From assembly GCA_043228905.1 (NCBI GenBank), contig JBHGNT010000018.1, forward strand, positions 10,354,001-10,418,000: a DNA stretch of 64,000 nt, in the 5' to 3' direction. Shown piece by piece: positions 36,226-49,500 of the stretch. The DNA is from Azolla caroliniana. Taxonomy: Eukaryota > Plantae > Polypodiophyta. The translations under genes were made by a program, and so were the position numbers. The notes under the pieces were generated by a model. That model was not told the DNA's origin, made no database searches, and was given only the letters and a program-made list of their open reading frames with translations. The number at the start of each line of letters is the position of its first letter. Position 1 is the stretch's first letter.

Positions 36226-38898
36226 ATGTCTTCTTCTACAAGTAGAACATCTCTTTTTTCTATTGCCCCCTTTTCATTGTCAAACAACTCGTATTTCTCA
36301 ATAGAAGAGTACGACCACAAAAAACATTCGCGGCTTAAACAGAAAAGTGTGGCTCCTAGTACTTCGAATTCTCTATTTTCAATTGATCCTGTTGATGGCC
36401 CTCTTCATGCAAGCTTACAAGCGGACGATTCTTCGTCGATAGATAACAATAGCATTACTAAACCTCTAGCATTTAAAAGAGTTCCTCGACAAGTTAGTGA
36501 AAAGAGATTTAATTTCTTATGTTCTGATCGTCAACTTCTATGCGACTTGAACAAATCGTGTTGTGCGAATCTCTGTCTATCAACTTATGGAAAGTCAAGG
36601 TTACGTGAAACACGACAAAAATACTTGTCGCTTAATGGGGAAGAGCAAGATACATTTCTTCTTTCGCATATGCAACTTAAATTGGATCACAAAGAAGGGC
36701 CTAATTCAACGCAAGTTGAATATTTCCTTGGACTAAATACCAAGTGTTGTCGAGCAGCTTTTAAAATCACTCATAGCATTGGAAATATGCGGCTGCAACG
36801 AGTTCAAGAGCGACTTGTGAAGGGCTCCTAGGTATAGTTCGATCAAAATGGTTCTGGATGTAAGGGTCAAATTGGGCAACAGGCAATTAGGTGGATGGAG
36901 GTATATTTTTCAAAACAGTGCGAAGTTATGCCAATGACAGGAAGACTTCATTTGTCAGATAACTTTACTCGAAGGGAAGTTTACCAATCGTACAAGGACG
37001 ACATGTCTTCTGATGTTGAGCCTTACATACAGTACATGCATTTTAATCGACTATGGAGGTTACAATTTAATAACGTGGTTATCCCACGAAAGGTGCGAAT
37101 GGGAGTCTGCTCAATATGTGCGAGTTTAAAAAGTATGGCCAAGGGTGGAAAATCAGATGTAGAGATCAAGAATTACAAGAACCTGTTAAAAGAACATCGT
37201 GAAAGTCAGGCATTGGAACGTACTAAGGCTATGCATCACCGACAAAAAGTGTTTCAATCTCCCGAAAAGTATATGTGCATGATTATTGACGGCATGGATC
37301 AAAAGAAAACTTGTTTGCCGCATTTTCAAAGACTCCCCAAGGATATTGGAGATGAGTGTCTCGTGCAAATGCATCTAGTGGGTTGTTTGACATACTGTCA
37401 AACTATAAGACCGCAAGTGTTCTTAACTTATCCCAATATCCACAACGACCCTAATCTTACTGTCACTGTCATGCACAGGGTATTGCAATCATGGTCAGGT
37501 ATACTCCTGCCAGTTATATATGTGCAACTAGACAACACAGCAAGAGAGAATAAGAACTCAACTGTCTTCGGCTATCTAAGCATGCTAGTAGAGAGGGGCA
37601 TATTTAAAAAGATAAAGGTTAACTTCTTGTTGGTTGGTCATACCCATGATCACATAGATCAAATGTTCAGTAGGTTCTCAAAGAAACTTGCTCGCTGTAA
37701 TGCTTTCACACTTCCCACGCTATCCAAATTGATTAGTGAAGCATATACACCAAAGCCTGAAGTACAACACTTGGAAGAAGTATACGACTTTAAACGTTTT
37801 TGCATGGATAGTGACGGGACTAAAGGTAGGGTGCTTGCACCTCTTAATAATATAAGTTTCAACCATGTCTTCCTCATAAAACAAAGATCGGCCCACTTGA
37901 AGATGACGGTGTTGTTTGCGAAACAATACTCATCTAGTGCACAATGGGAGCCCCAAGAAGGTTGTAGGCTCCTTCTTCATATCCCAGATGAACCTCTACA
38001 TGGTGCACAACAAATGCCATATGATGATCGTAAAAATGTAGCACCAAATAGTACTATTGATGAACAAAGGGCATATTGGTTGAGATGTCTAGCAGAGAAA
38101 CAAAATAATATTGATCGGACTAAGAAGTATGCCGGTGATGAGGATGTTGAATGGTGGGAGATTTTCTTCACCCATCAACGCACCATTTTAGATAATTACA
38201 TCGCCGGTTTATGGTCAATCCGTATCCCATTCACATGGAACATTGGGATGACATCAACGATATCGCAGACTCATCACCAACAATCGAATAATATGGAGCT
38301 TCATGATTTAGTTCGGCCACTGCAAAGAGATATTTATGTGGGAGCAAGAAAGTCACGTACTGTTGAGGCAAGATGGCAAGGTAATTTGCAAGAACTACAA
38401 GTGGGAATGTTGGTTGCAACATTAGCAGGGGACGATACCTTGGGCCATCCATTTTGGATTGCAAAAATTATTGAATTAGTAAGGGATTAAGAAAGTAGTC
38501 AGACAAAGTCAATAGTAGTCCATTGGTATCAGACAAATTCAACTGATGCATTTACAGGAAAGTATTCTTTAGAGATGGTTAAGGATGTCGGATGTTCAAG
38601 CAGAAAGAGAAGAAGAAAGAATATACCGAGCACGGCTACTCTCGCACTAGACCGTGTTAACATACTAGTATATGACTTCTCATTGACAAAATCAGGTCAT
38701 CTAAGACAAGCAACTATCAAGATAATAAAGGAGAAAATCCCAAACATGGTGTCAAACGAAATACAGAGAATAACTAGAAGCAATTCTCATAACCACAAAG
38801 ATGTTGGGTTGGAATTGGATGAGGATAATGCTTTGATTGCCACTGATGATGAGGATGAGACGTCAGAATGCTCTTCTAGTCCATCAGACATGTCTTAA
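36226..38898 (+). pseudogene. Sola-like DDD transposase (~890 codons) with three in-frame stops
   Basis: ORFs 36226-36831, 36895-38490 and 38575-38898 share one frame, separated only by TAG 36829, TAG 36835 and TAA 38488. Motifs CSIC...H...H, IIDGMDQ, QLDNTARENKN, FLLVGHTHDHIDQMFS. Confidence 0.85.
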
Positions 38899-41413
38899 TA
38901 TATTGGTTTGGTTCAAGCTGGGGATTGTTTTACTACATGATCGGAAACTTTGTAAATTTGTTTTGGATGTAAACTCACGAATATGTATAATTGTAACTGG
39001 TAGACATGTTGTAAATTATTTTGTAATTTTGGTGATGTATTTTTGGAGGCATTTTACTTATGACTCAAAGTGGTAGTCATGTTGAAATTCAATATATTTT
39101 GCCACCTTTTTTGAAAAGCTTTACGCATGCGTCGTGTCTTTTTGAAAACTGCGTGCTTTTGTGCCCTTTTTCGACGTAGTGTTCTCATAATGCGACATAT
39201 TACCTGTTTCAAATGACCTGGTGTTGTGTGCATCAAAAGGAGACTACACAACACATAGATCACATGTAATCTCACACACATGCCCTCAGACATTACATGC
39301 ACTCTTATTTGAACAACTCTTTAAGGAAAAGGAATTGAAGCATTTAGACATCAAGGAAAATTTTATCCAATAATCAATGATCAAGCTAGCTCATTGGGAA
39401 AGGTTTTCCATCTCTCAAGATCGAATTCAAGGTTTATAACTGGACTTTGGTAGAGCTGTGGTCTCTCATTATTCCGATGGAGTATTACATTGTAACTTGG
39501 GTAAATAAAATCTGTATTCACAATTAAAATAAAACATATTTGATCAAATACTGTTTGAATTTTACTTCTTAACCCTAAAATATCTTTGTATCTCTTGTTT
39601 GTACTCTTACTTCTCCTTTTTTCATGAACTCTTGTGCATAATCCTAATTGTTTGATGCATTGATCATGAAATCAACAACACATTGATAAGGTGGTGAGTG
39701 GTGATGAAGGGCATTGGAGGTGTTGAATTAGAATTAGAATTTTTATCGTCCATAAAGAGGCCAATTTTGACATATGGGACCAGAGTATACATGTGTTCTT
39801 GATATGTGTCTCCTTCCTAAGAAGGGGTATTCATACATTGAAGCACAAAGTCTCTATGTGTGAATAAAGCATACACATATGAACTCAACCTTCTCGGTGG
39901 TGTCTTAAGAATGGCACTTAAGTTATCACTCCCTCTTAGTATGTTAGGATATCTTGAACGAATTGGACTATATGTCGAACATGTGAAGACCAAGTGGTGT
40001 TGAATGTGGTGGAAGGGGGAAGATTGGTCATTTGGTATGTGTGGTGATTGTATAAAGTTACATCGGAGTGAATTGTGTGTCACACGTGCACATACATGCA
40101 CCGGGCCTCTATTTACAAGTGGTCATGGAGGAGGCAAATGATGCTTTGCCATGTTAGGTGTTACGGGCATGCCCATATAATATCCTGTGGTGAGAATTTA
40201 CCATAGTATTCTATACACGTGGATAAGTGCGAGGGTTAAACGAGAGTGTAAAGAAGGGGAGGATTACTTTTAATCGTCAACATTGAGATAACCCATTAGG
40301 CCAAGTGTGAACTTGCCTACGGGCCTTGGGTATTGCTATAAATATGAGGCCTAGCTACCCTCATTTCATCATCTCTTGACTACGTCGAGACTCAATTCTT
40401 GTGGTGGGTCAACTCTTGTAGCGAGCGCGCCAACACCAAGTACGACTCGACGCCACGATGGTGGTATGGGACGCCGATTGAGGCTCGAGTCCATCTCGAT
40501 CCCTTTGCTTGGGGGTGGTCGGGTGGATCAACGCTTTTCTTTCTCTCTCTCCTTTCTTATTTCTTATATCTTTTATGCTTATCATATGCTTACGTTAGAT
40601 CATAACTCTAATAGTTGGTATCTGAGCTTATGTTTCTAATATTTCCTTTGTTTATTTTTGTGTTCTTGATGGATGGTGATCGATCGACGTGCAGTTGACC
40701 TTGATCCAGATAGTGGTCAACAAAGGAACTTTGGTAACTCTTTCTTGTTTTTTTTTTCTATTTTTTCTTCTCCCATCTAATCATGTATATGGTCAATATG
40801 TAATTTTTTTCATTGATTCAATGATGTTGTAGTGGTAATTAATTGGTTGTATAAAACGTTTACATATGTGTTTGAGGTCAATACCTCATTTGACATATAT
40901 TTAATATGTGATTAGTGTCGTATGCGTACGAGGTTAATGTAAAGCTTTGACGCTATCAAATCTTTCGCCTCTCGGCCACAACCGAGACAACACGGATCAA
41001 TGCAGCAGAAAAATGAAAACAGAGACACAGAGAGATGAATACACAGGGTATAACGTGGAAAACCCTAAACGGGAAAAACCACGGGAGTGCACGACTCCAA
41101 CTACCACTATACACTGGAATATACAATGGCGAGCTGCAAGGCGACGACCTTGAGCTCGCTGTCCTCGCCACAGGCGGCGGTATTACACAGAGGCGTCGAC
41201 CTCTTCGTTTCTCTCTCTCTCTCTCTCGGCTGCTCTCACTTCGCTCCCTCTAAGTGGAAAAACAGACAATGAGCAACAACCACATAAAACTGTTTGCCCT
41301 AAGTCATATTTATACACATATGACTTTCGGGCTATTTACAAATATAGCCTCAAGGGCTCTTGGCAAACATATTCACAAATATGTCTCCGCATCCGGATCT
41401 CTCTCCGGGTACA

Positions 41414-41632
41414 TTCATCATCCGGTTCCGTAACCGGGGTCTTCATCATCCGGCTCCGTAACCGGGGTCTTCATCATCCGGCTCCGTAACCGGGGTCTTC
41501 ATCATCCGGCTCCGTAACCGGGGTCTTCATCATCCGGTTCCGTAACCGGGGTCTTCATCATCCGGCTCCGTAACCGGGGTCTTCATCATCCGGCTCCGTA
41601 ACCGGGGTCTTCATCATCCGGTTCCGTAACCG
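41414..41632. repeat. 28-bp tandem array (7 full + 1 partial unit) in the 3' LTR
   Basis: Unit TTCATCATCCGGYTCCGTAACCGGGGTC. Confidence 0.95.
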
Positions 41633-41703
41633 CAACCGGGCTTGCCGTCATTCATCTCCGGACATCCCATCCGGAGGGACCGTAATCCCAACAAACTCCC
41701 CCT

Positions 41704-44700
41704 TCACTTCGGCATGGGATGTCTCTCCAATCCGATCCTCTTCCGGCATGCTTCCAGCTTGTCGGGTGTGAGCACCTTGGTCAGCATATCCGACCCGTTC
41801 TCGTCCGTGTGGAGCTTCGTCAGCACGAACTCCTTGTCTTCTATCCTTTCCCGGATCCAGTGATATCTTCGCTGGATGTGCTTCGTCCGGGAGTGATAGG
41901 CCGCGTTCTTCGCAAGGTGGATTGCACTCTGACTGTCGCAGTAGAGTCGGTACTCCTCCTGCCGGATACCGAGCTCTCTAATGAAGTCCTTCATCCATAT
42001 TACTTCCTTGCCGGCTTCAACAGCTGCCATGTACTCCGCCTCCGTGGTTGACAACGCAACCGTCTTCTGCAGCCTCGATTGCCACGAAACGGCTCCCCCT
42101 GCATACGTCATCACATACCCTGATGTGGACCGGCTGGTATCTGCATCAGCCGACATATCCGAATCGGTGAAGCCGTCGAGTTCGGGCTTACCGGAGCCGA
42201 ATCGGAGGCACACATTCGCTGTGCCCTTCAGGTATCGGAGTATCCACTTGACCGCGTTCCAGTGCTCTTTGCCGGGATTGCTCATGTACCGGCTCACCAC
42301 TCCGACTGCGTATCCTATATCCGGTCTCGTACACACCATGGCGTACATCAAGCTCCCGACGGCTGAGGCATACGGCACTTTCATCATATCCTCCTTTTCA
42401 GCTTTTGTCTTGGGACATTGCTTGCTGGACAGCTTGCAGTTTGCCGGGAGGGTCGATCCGACCGGTCTTGCTTCCGACATGTTGAACCGGTGAAGCACCT
42501 TCGTCACGTACTTCTCCTGTGACAGCCACAACTGCTTCTTCTTCCGGTCCCGGATGATGTGCATCCCTAGTATTTGCCTCGCCGGACCCAGGTCCTTCAT
42601 TGAGAAGGTTCGGTGAAGAGCCTTCTTCAGCATCCGTATCTTGACCTGGTCCCGTCCGACGATCAACATGTCGTCCACGTACAGGAGGAGTATTAGAGAG
42701 TCTCCTCCTTCGAACTTCTTCACAAACACGCAGTGATCAGCCTGCGTTTTGTGGTACCCTTCGTCGGTCATGAAGGAGTCGAACTTCCGGTACCATTGCC
42801 GGGGAGCCTGCTTCAGTCCGTAAAGGCTCTTCTTCAACCGGCATACCAGGTGCTCCTTCCCTTTCTTCTCGAATCCTTCCGGTTGCTGCATGTAGATCTC
42901 TTCTTCGAGGTCACCGTGAAGGAATGCCGTCTTCACGTCCATCTGTTCTACCTCGAGGTCCATGCTTGCCGCTATGCTCAGCACCGTCCGGATGGAGGTC
43001 ATCTTCACTACCGGGGCAAATATCTCGTCGAAGTCGACGCCCTTCTTCTGCTGGAACCCCTTCACCACGATCCTGGCTTTGTATCTCTAGGGGTTTCCGG
43101 CATCTCCCGGTTTCAGCTTGAACACCCACTTGTTTCGAAGTGCCCGCTTTCCTTTCGGCAACTCCACAAGTTCATATGTGTGGTTCTCATGCAGGGAATC
43201 CATCTCCTCCTGCATGGCACTTAACCACCTGCGGCTCTGGGTGTCGTGCTTTGCTTCTTCAAAGCTCTCCGGCTCCCCCTCGTCGGTTAGCAGCACGTGC
43301 TCTGGTTCCGGAAATCTCCGGGGGGCCCTTCTCTCTCTTAGAGGATATCTCCGTTCGGGAGCTTCGGTAACCGGTTCTTCCGATTCTTCTTCTTCATCCG
43401 AATCCATTTCGGGATCGGGGCCGGTTCCGGTATCATTTTCATCTTCTTCAGCCGGTTCTGTTTCTTCAACGTCTTCGGCCGGGTCTTCGAGTGTTAACCG
43501 GTCCCTTGCCGGTCGGGACAGCTCCTCGTAGAGTTGATCCTCACCGGTCGACTTGGAGCTCCTTACCTTCTTGTCCGACTCCCAGTCGGCGAGTGTCTTG
43601 TCCTCCATGAAGATGATGTCTCGACTCCTGAATATCTTCTTGTCGACCGGGTCCCATACTCGGTAGCCGAACTCGTCGTCGCCGTAACCGAGGAATATGC
43701 ATGGCCGGGTCTTAGGATCTAGCTTTCCTCTCCGGTCCTTTGCCACATGCACGTATGCGAGACACCCGAACACCTTCAGATGCCGGTAGGACACTTCCTT
43801 ACCGGTCCACACTCTCTGCGGCGTGTCTCCGTCCAAAGGAACTGAGGGTGATCTGTTTATCACATATGTCGCCGTCGACATTGCCTCAGCCCAAAACCCC
43901 TTGGGTAATTTCGCATGCGCCAGCATACTCCGGACCCGCTCCATTATGGTCCGGTTCATCCTCTCGGCCAGCCCGTTCAGTTCCGGCGTCTTCGGCACAG
44001 TAAACTCGAGCCGGATTCCCTTCGAGCGGCAGTACTCCTGGAACTGCCCCCGGTATTCCCCTCCGTTATCCGCTCGTATCGCTTTCAGCTTCTTGCCGGA
44101 TTCTCTTTCCACTCTCGCGTGGAGTTCTCTGAAGACGGACAACACTTGGTCCTTTGTCTTCAACGGTGCCGTCCACAGATTCCGGCTGTGATCATCAATG
44201 AATGTCACGAAGTACTGGGCTCCGCCATGTGACTTCGTTTCTACCTGACACACATCAGTGTGCACCAGCTCCAAGGGTGCGCTACGTCTCGTCGGTGGCC
44301 TTGAGTGGAAGGAGGTCCAGTTTTGCTTACCGGCCAGGCAGTCGGTGCACTTCTCCAGGTGCACATGCTTCACTGGAATAAGGTTGTCTTCTGCAAGCCT
44401 CTTCATCCCCTTCTCACTCATGTGGCACAGTCTTTTGTGCCACAGCTCACCGGCAGTGTCGGCTGCTACATTCAGCTCTTCCGGACATAACCGGGCATTC
44501 ATCAGGTACAGAGTGTTGACCTTCCGGGCCCGAGCCACTATCAGGCTCCCCTTGCTGAACTTCATTACGCCGTTCCGGATGCTACCCGTGTAGCCTTCAT
44601 CATCTAGCCTCCCGGCCGAGATCAGGTTCAATCGGACCTCCGGAACGTGTCGCACATCCTTCAACAGCATCTTGCATCCGGTTGATGTCATCAGCCACAC

Positions 44701-45780
44701 GTCTCCTATGCCGGCTATCCGGCACGTACCTTCATTTCCCATCCGGACACAGCCGTGCTCACCGGCTGTGTAGGATGAGAAGTATTTCTTCTCCGGGGTC
44801 AGGTGGAACGACGCTCCGGAATCGACCACCCAGGTCATCTCTACGCCGGCAAGGTTCAGCTCCCTCTCTTCGGTAATGAGCATTATCTCTTCTTCACTTG
44901 CCGCGAGTGCCGTCGTTCCTTTCCGGTCCTGCCCTCGCCGATCCGGACCTCTCCGGTCCGTGGCTCCCCGGTATGCACCGTTTCTCTCCGGTGATTTCTT
45001 CGAATCGGTGTCGTCGGCTCCGTTGTCCTTTCGGTAATGCCGACAATTTTTCCGGAAGTGCCCCGGCTTCCCACAGTGGAAGCAAATGGGTCTTCCTCTT
45101 GACTGCGACCGGGTCCCCGACTTCTCCCGTCTTTGCGGACTCCGGTTCCAGTGTCTTCCCCGTTCCGATTCGGTAAGCAGCGCCTTCGAGTCGGAGGCCG
45201 GTTCTTTATCTCTCCGACGCGCTTCTTCATTTAGAATACTTGTCTTTACCGTTTGTAGGGACAAGTTGTCTTCCGTGCAGGAGGTGCTGAGAGTCACCAC
45301 CAAGTTCTCCCAGCTGTCCGGCAATGTACACATCAGGATGATGGCTTGCATTGCATCCTCCAACGGGAACTTGATCGCCGCAAGCTGGTTCACGAATCCC
45401 ATGAACGTGCTTACGTGTTCCACCATACTCTCGCCGTCCCGGTACTTGAGATTCACAATCTTCCTCATCAGGGAGGTCCGGTTCAACGCATTCTTCCTCT
45501 CATAGAGGCCCGACAGCTTCTTCCACATCTCGTATGCGTTGGTGTCGTTCGCCACATGTTGTAGGACGCTTACATCGACGTATTGTCGGATCGTCGCTAC
45601 GGCTTTCCGGTTCAGGAGCTTCCACTCCGACTCAAGTACCCCTTTCGGTATTTCCGACCTGTCAATCGGTTCGTACAGGTCCCGAACAATCAGAAGATCC
45701 TCCATCTTGATCTTCCAGTCGGCGTAATTCTGTGCATTCAGCACCATCATCATCGGCTGCCCGCTGCCGCCGCCTTCCAT
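41704..45780 (-). pseudogene. Copia gag-pol polyprotein with one premature TAG at 43087-43089
   Basis: ORFs 43087-45900 and 41704-43068 are in the same frame; protein closely matches the copy at 10278-14607. Confidence 0.92.
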
Positions 45781-46285
45781 TTTCTGCAACAGTCGCTCTG
45801 ATACCACTTTGTAAAGCTTTGACGCTATCAAATCTTTCGCCTCTCGGCCACAACCGAGACAACACGGATCAATGCAGCAGAAAAATGAAAACAGAGACAC
45901 AGAGAGATGAATACACAGGGTATAACGTGGAAAACCCTAAACGGGAAAAACCACGGGAGTGCACGACTCCAACTACCACTATACACTGGAATATACAATG
46001 GCGAGCTGCAAGGCGACGACCTTGAGCTCGCTGTCCTCGCCACAGGCGGCGGTATTACACAGAGGCGTCGACCTCTTCGTTTCTCTCTCTCTCTCTCTCG
46101 GCTGCTCTCACTTCGCTCCCTCTAAGTGGAAAAACAGACAATGAGCAACAACCACATAAAACTGTTTGCCCTAAGTCATATTTATACACATATGACTTTC
46201 GGGCTATTTACAAATATAGCCTCAAGGGCTCTTGGCAAACATATTCACAAATATGTCTCCGCATCCGGATCTCTCTCCGGGTACA

Positions 46286-46504
46286 TTCATCATCCGGTTC
46301 CGTAACCGGGGTCTTCATCATCCGGCTCCGTAACCGGGGTCTTCATCATCCGGCTCCGTAACCGGGGTCTTCATCATCCGGCTCCGTAACCGGGGTCTTC
46401 ATCATCCGGTTCCGTAACCGGGGTCTTCATCATCCGGCTCCGTAACCGGGGTCTTCATCATCCGGCTCCGTAACCGGGGTCTTCATCATCCGGTTCCGTA
46501 ACCG
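46286..46504. repeat. 28-bp tandem array (7 full + 1 partial unit) in the 5' LTR
   Basis: Same unit and same T/C variant order as 41414-41632. Confidence 0.95.
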
Positions 46505-49500
46505 CAACCGGGCTTGCCGTCATTCATCTCCGGACATCCCATCCGGAGGGACCGTAATCCCAACAGTTAATACCTCAATTGCGTATTACGTTCACATACA
46601 TATGTTACGTTTGCGTATGAGGTCAATACCTCGATTTCTATGTAAATGATATGCGTTTGGTGTCGTATGCGTAAGAGGTTAATACCTCAATTGCATATTA
46701 GGATTAACCCTTATTTTTGGATGTTTCGTGTGCGTAGAGGCTATATTCCTCGATTACGTGTCTCGATTTCATCATATGCCCGGGACTAAGCAGTCGTAAT
46801 TCGCTTGGAAACGGAAGACACCAAACGAATTCATGGATCGCGATTGTAAGCAACAACATCCTTTTTGCATATTTTGCAAAAAGAAGGGTCATATAAAAGA
46901 ACAATGTCGAAAGCTCCAACGGAAAGAGCACGACAACAAAGAAAAAGTTGTAGACCATAAAGGTCAGATTCCTAATGTCCTTGAGGTCTATACACATCAT
47001 TTAAGTAAATGTCAATGTTCTTTCCCTCACTATGTATTGGGACACAATGATTTACTACGTGCAAACGAGTATATTAATGGATCTCCGTATAATTTTTATT
47101 TGATTCAGGAAGCTCACACAATTTTGTGAATGATCGTTTGGTTAAGATATGGGGAATCCAACCCACCGTAAGTGATCACACCTATAGGGTGCAGTTGGCT
47201 GATGGATTTTTCGTGATGTTTTTTCGAGTCAACTACCACATGGGTTACCTCCTAAACGTAATATAGACCATCGTATAGATATTGTACCTGGCATTGCACC
47301 AATAAGTATACGTCCTTATTGCTTAAGTCGATCCGAAGAGGATGAGGTATCTAAGCAACTGAAGGACTATTTATGAATGGGTTATATACGTTATAGTAAA
47401 TCTCCATGGGGTGCACCTGTTCTCTTGGTAAGAAAGAAAGAGGGCACATGGCATATGTGTATTAATTACTAACGCTTAATTAAAGTGACGATCAAGAATT
47501 CATATCCAATGCCCTGGGTTGAAGATCTAATTGACCGTCTCGAGGGAGCTCGGTAATTTATGAAACTTGATCTCCGTACGGGCTACCATCAAATTCGTAT
47601 AAGTGAGGATGATGTTCCTAAAACGGAATTTCGTACGCGCTATGGCCATTATGAGTTTTTTGGTTATGCCTTTTCGTTTGACCAATGCTCCAACCACATT
47701 TCAACAAGAAATGAATGACATTTTCTGAGAACAACTTGGAAAATTCGTCGTTATTTTCTTACATGATATTTTAGTTTATAGCCGAACATTAGAAGAACAT
47801 GCTAAACATGTCCGCTTTGTTTTACAAACATTGCGCGACAAGCAATTCTACGCGAAGATCTCAAAATGCGAGTTCTTCAAGAAATTGATTACTTATCTTG
47901 GACATCTCATAACCGAACGAGGAGTTGAAATTGATCCTTCTCACATCGAGAAAATCAAGCTTTGGCCCACTCTTCAGAATATTCGAGAAGTTCGATCATT
48001 CCTTGGTTTTGTCGAGTTTTTGCGAAAATCTCTTCGCAATTACTCTCAATTGATGACACCGTTTACTGAAGGTCAAGTGCGTAAGTCTACAAAACCTATT
48101 GTATGGAATACTACACTACACCTCGCCTTTAAGGAACTCAAGGACCAGGTGTGCAAGGCTCCTTCACGTCTTTTACCCGATCCTTCAAAACCTTTTGAGG
48201 TTGAAATCGATGCGAGTGATTATGCTAAGAAACTAAGAAACTTGATTCTGCTCAAAACATGGCACCATTATCTTTATGGTTCAAATCTCTTTGTGGTAAC
48301 TAAAGAACACGAGTCCTTGAAATATTTTTGTGGCCAACAAGATCTGAAAGGTCGTAAGGTATGATGGGCTGATCTCATCCAAGACGTTGATATTTCCATA
48401 TGATATCGTAAAGGTTCCATGAACACTATCTCTGATGCACTAAGTCACATATGTGAAATTAACATGCTTAGATTCACTTAAATAACATTAGATCTTTATG
48501 ATCACGTTCGAGGAAAGTATCCTGATGATAGTTATTTTGCGAAATACTGGGCAAGAGTTGAATCTGGAACAAACACCACCACATCCTCGAAGGAATCCTT
48601 CCACATTGCTAACGGTTTGCTCTACCATAATGGGAAAGTTTGTGTTCCAGATTTGCCTGAGGTAAAAAAGAGAATTCTTTTTGAATGCCATGATGCACCC
48701 TTAGAAGGGCACCCTGGAATACAACGTACACTCGTTCTCATCTCCACTCAATTCTATTGGCCTAAGATGCGTCCTGACATACATAGGTCTATGTGACTAA
48801 ATGTCACGAATGTCAGGTTAACAAAGTCGAGCGATTTAAAGCCGCATGACTTTTACATCCCTTGGAAATTCCCAATAATAATTGGGAAAGTATATCCATG
48901 GATTTTATTGTTAGCCTTCCTCACACCCAAAAAGGTCATGATGCCATCTGGGTTGTGGTTGATAGACTAACTAAAATGGCCACATTTATTGCTACTAAAA
49001 CCACGGTAACAACTCCTGAATTGGCTTACCAATTCGTTGACAAGTTATTTCATTTTTATGGGGTTACCAATGGATATCGTGAGTGATCGAGATCCAAAGT
49101 TTACTAGTGACTTCTGGATGCAAGTCTTTAAGAAGTTAGAAACTACATTGAGCATGAGCTCCACGGATCATCCTCAATCCGATGGACAGACCGAATGAGT
49201 AAATCAAATTATTCAGGACATGCTTCGAGCATATGTTGGTACAAAACCAACAAAATGGGAACGTTATCTCCCAAATTTGGAGTTTGCTTATAACAACTCC
49301 AAGTCCTTTTATGTTGATGTATGGTTTTCAGCCACGAGCCCCGATTGATGTTAATATACATCATGATGAGTTGCGAAGTACACAAAACTTTCTTTGAGAT
49401 ATGCAAGATCTGTTGTATATTGCATGAGATAATAAAAACAGCTCAAGATAGAGCGCATTTTTACGCCGATCATAATAGGAAACCTCGTGTATTCAACCTT

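Larger units (their letters stand above)
31591..39225. mobile_element. 7,635-bp TIR DNA transposon, Sola-like, carrying a ParB-methyltransferase gene
   Basis: TIRs AACACCGGGTCATTTGAAACAGGTAATATGTCGTATT (31591-31627) and its reverse complement at 39189-39225 (2 mismatches in 37); 4-bp TSD GTGT (31587-31590, 39226-39229); internal DDD transposase. Confidence 0.92.
40938..46565 (-). mobile_element. Young full-length Ty1/Copia retrotransposon (family A, copy 2)
   Basis: 756-bp LTRs 40938-41693 and 45810-46565 (no differences seen by eye), TSD GTTAA (40933-40937, 46566-46570), PBS complement 45795-45806, PPT ~41696-41705. Confidence 0.97.

Noticed and set aside
36226-38898. Three separate genes (201, 531 and 107 aa)
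   Set aside because: All three are in one frame separated only by single stop codons; they are one decayed transposase.
41414-41632. 28-bp repeats resembling a CRISPR array
   Set aside because: Units are head-to-tail with no unique spacers, lie inside both LTRs of a Copia element, and no cas genes are present.
43087-43089. Programmed stop-codon readthrough in the Copia polyprotein
   Set aside because: The sister copy has a sense codon (CCG) here and the site is within RT, not at a gag/pol boundary; more likely a mutation.
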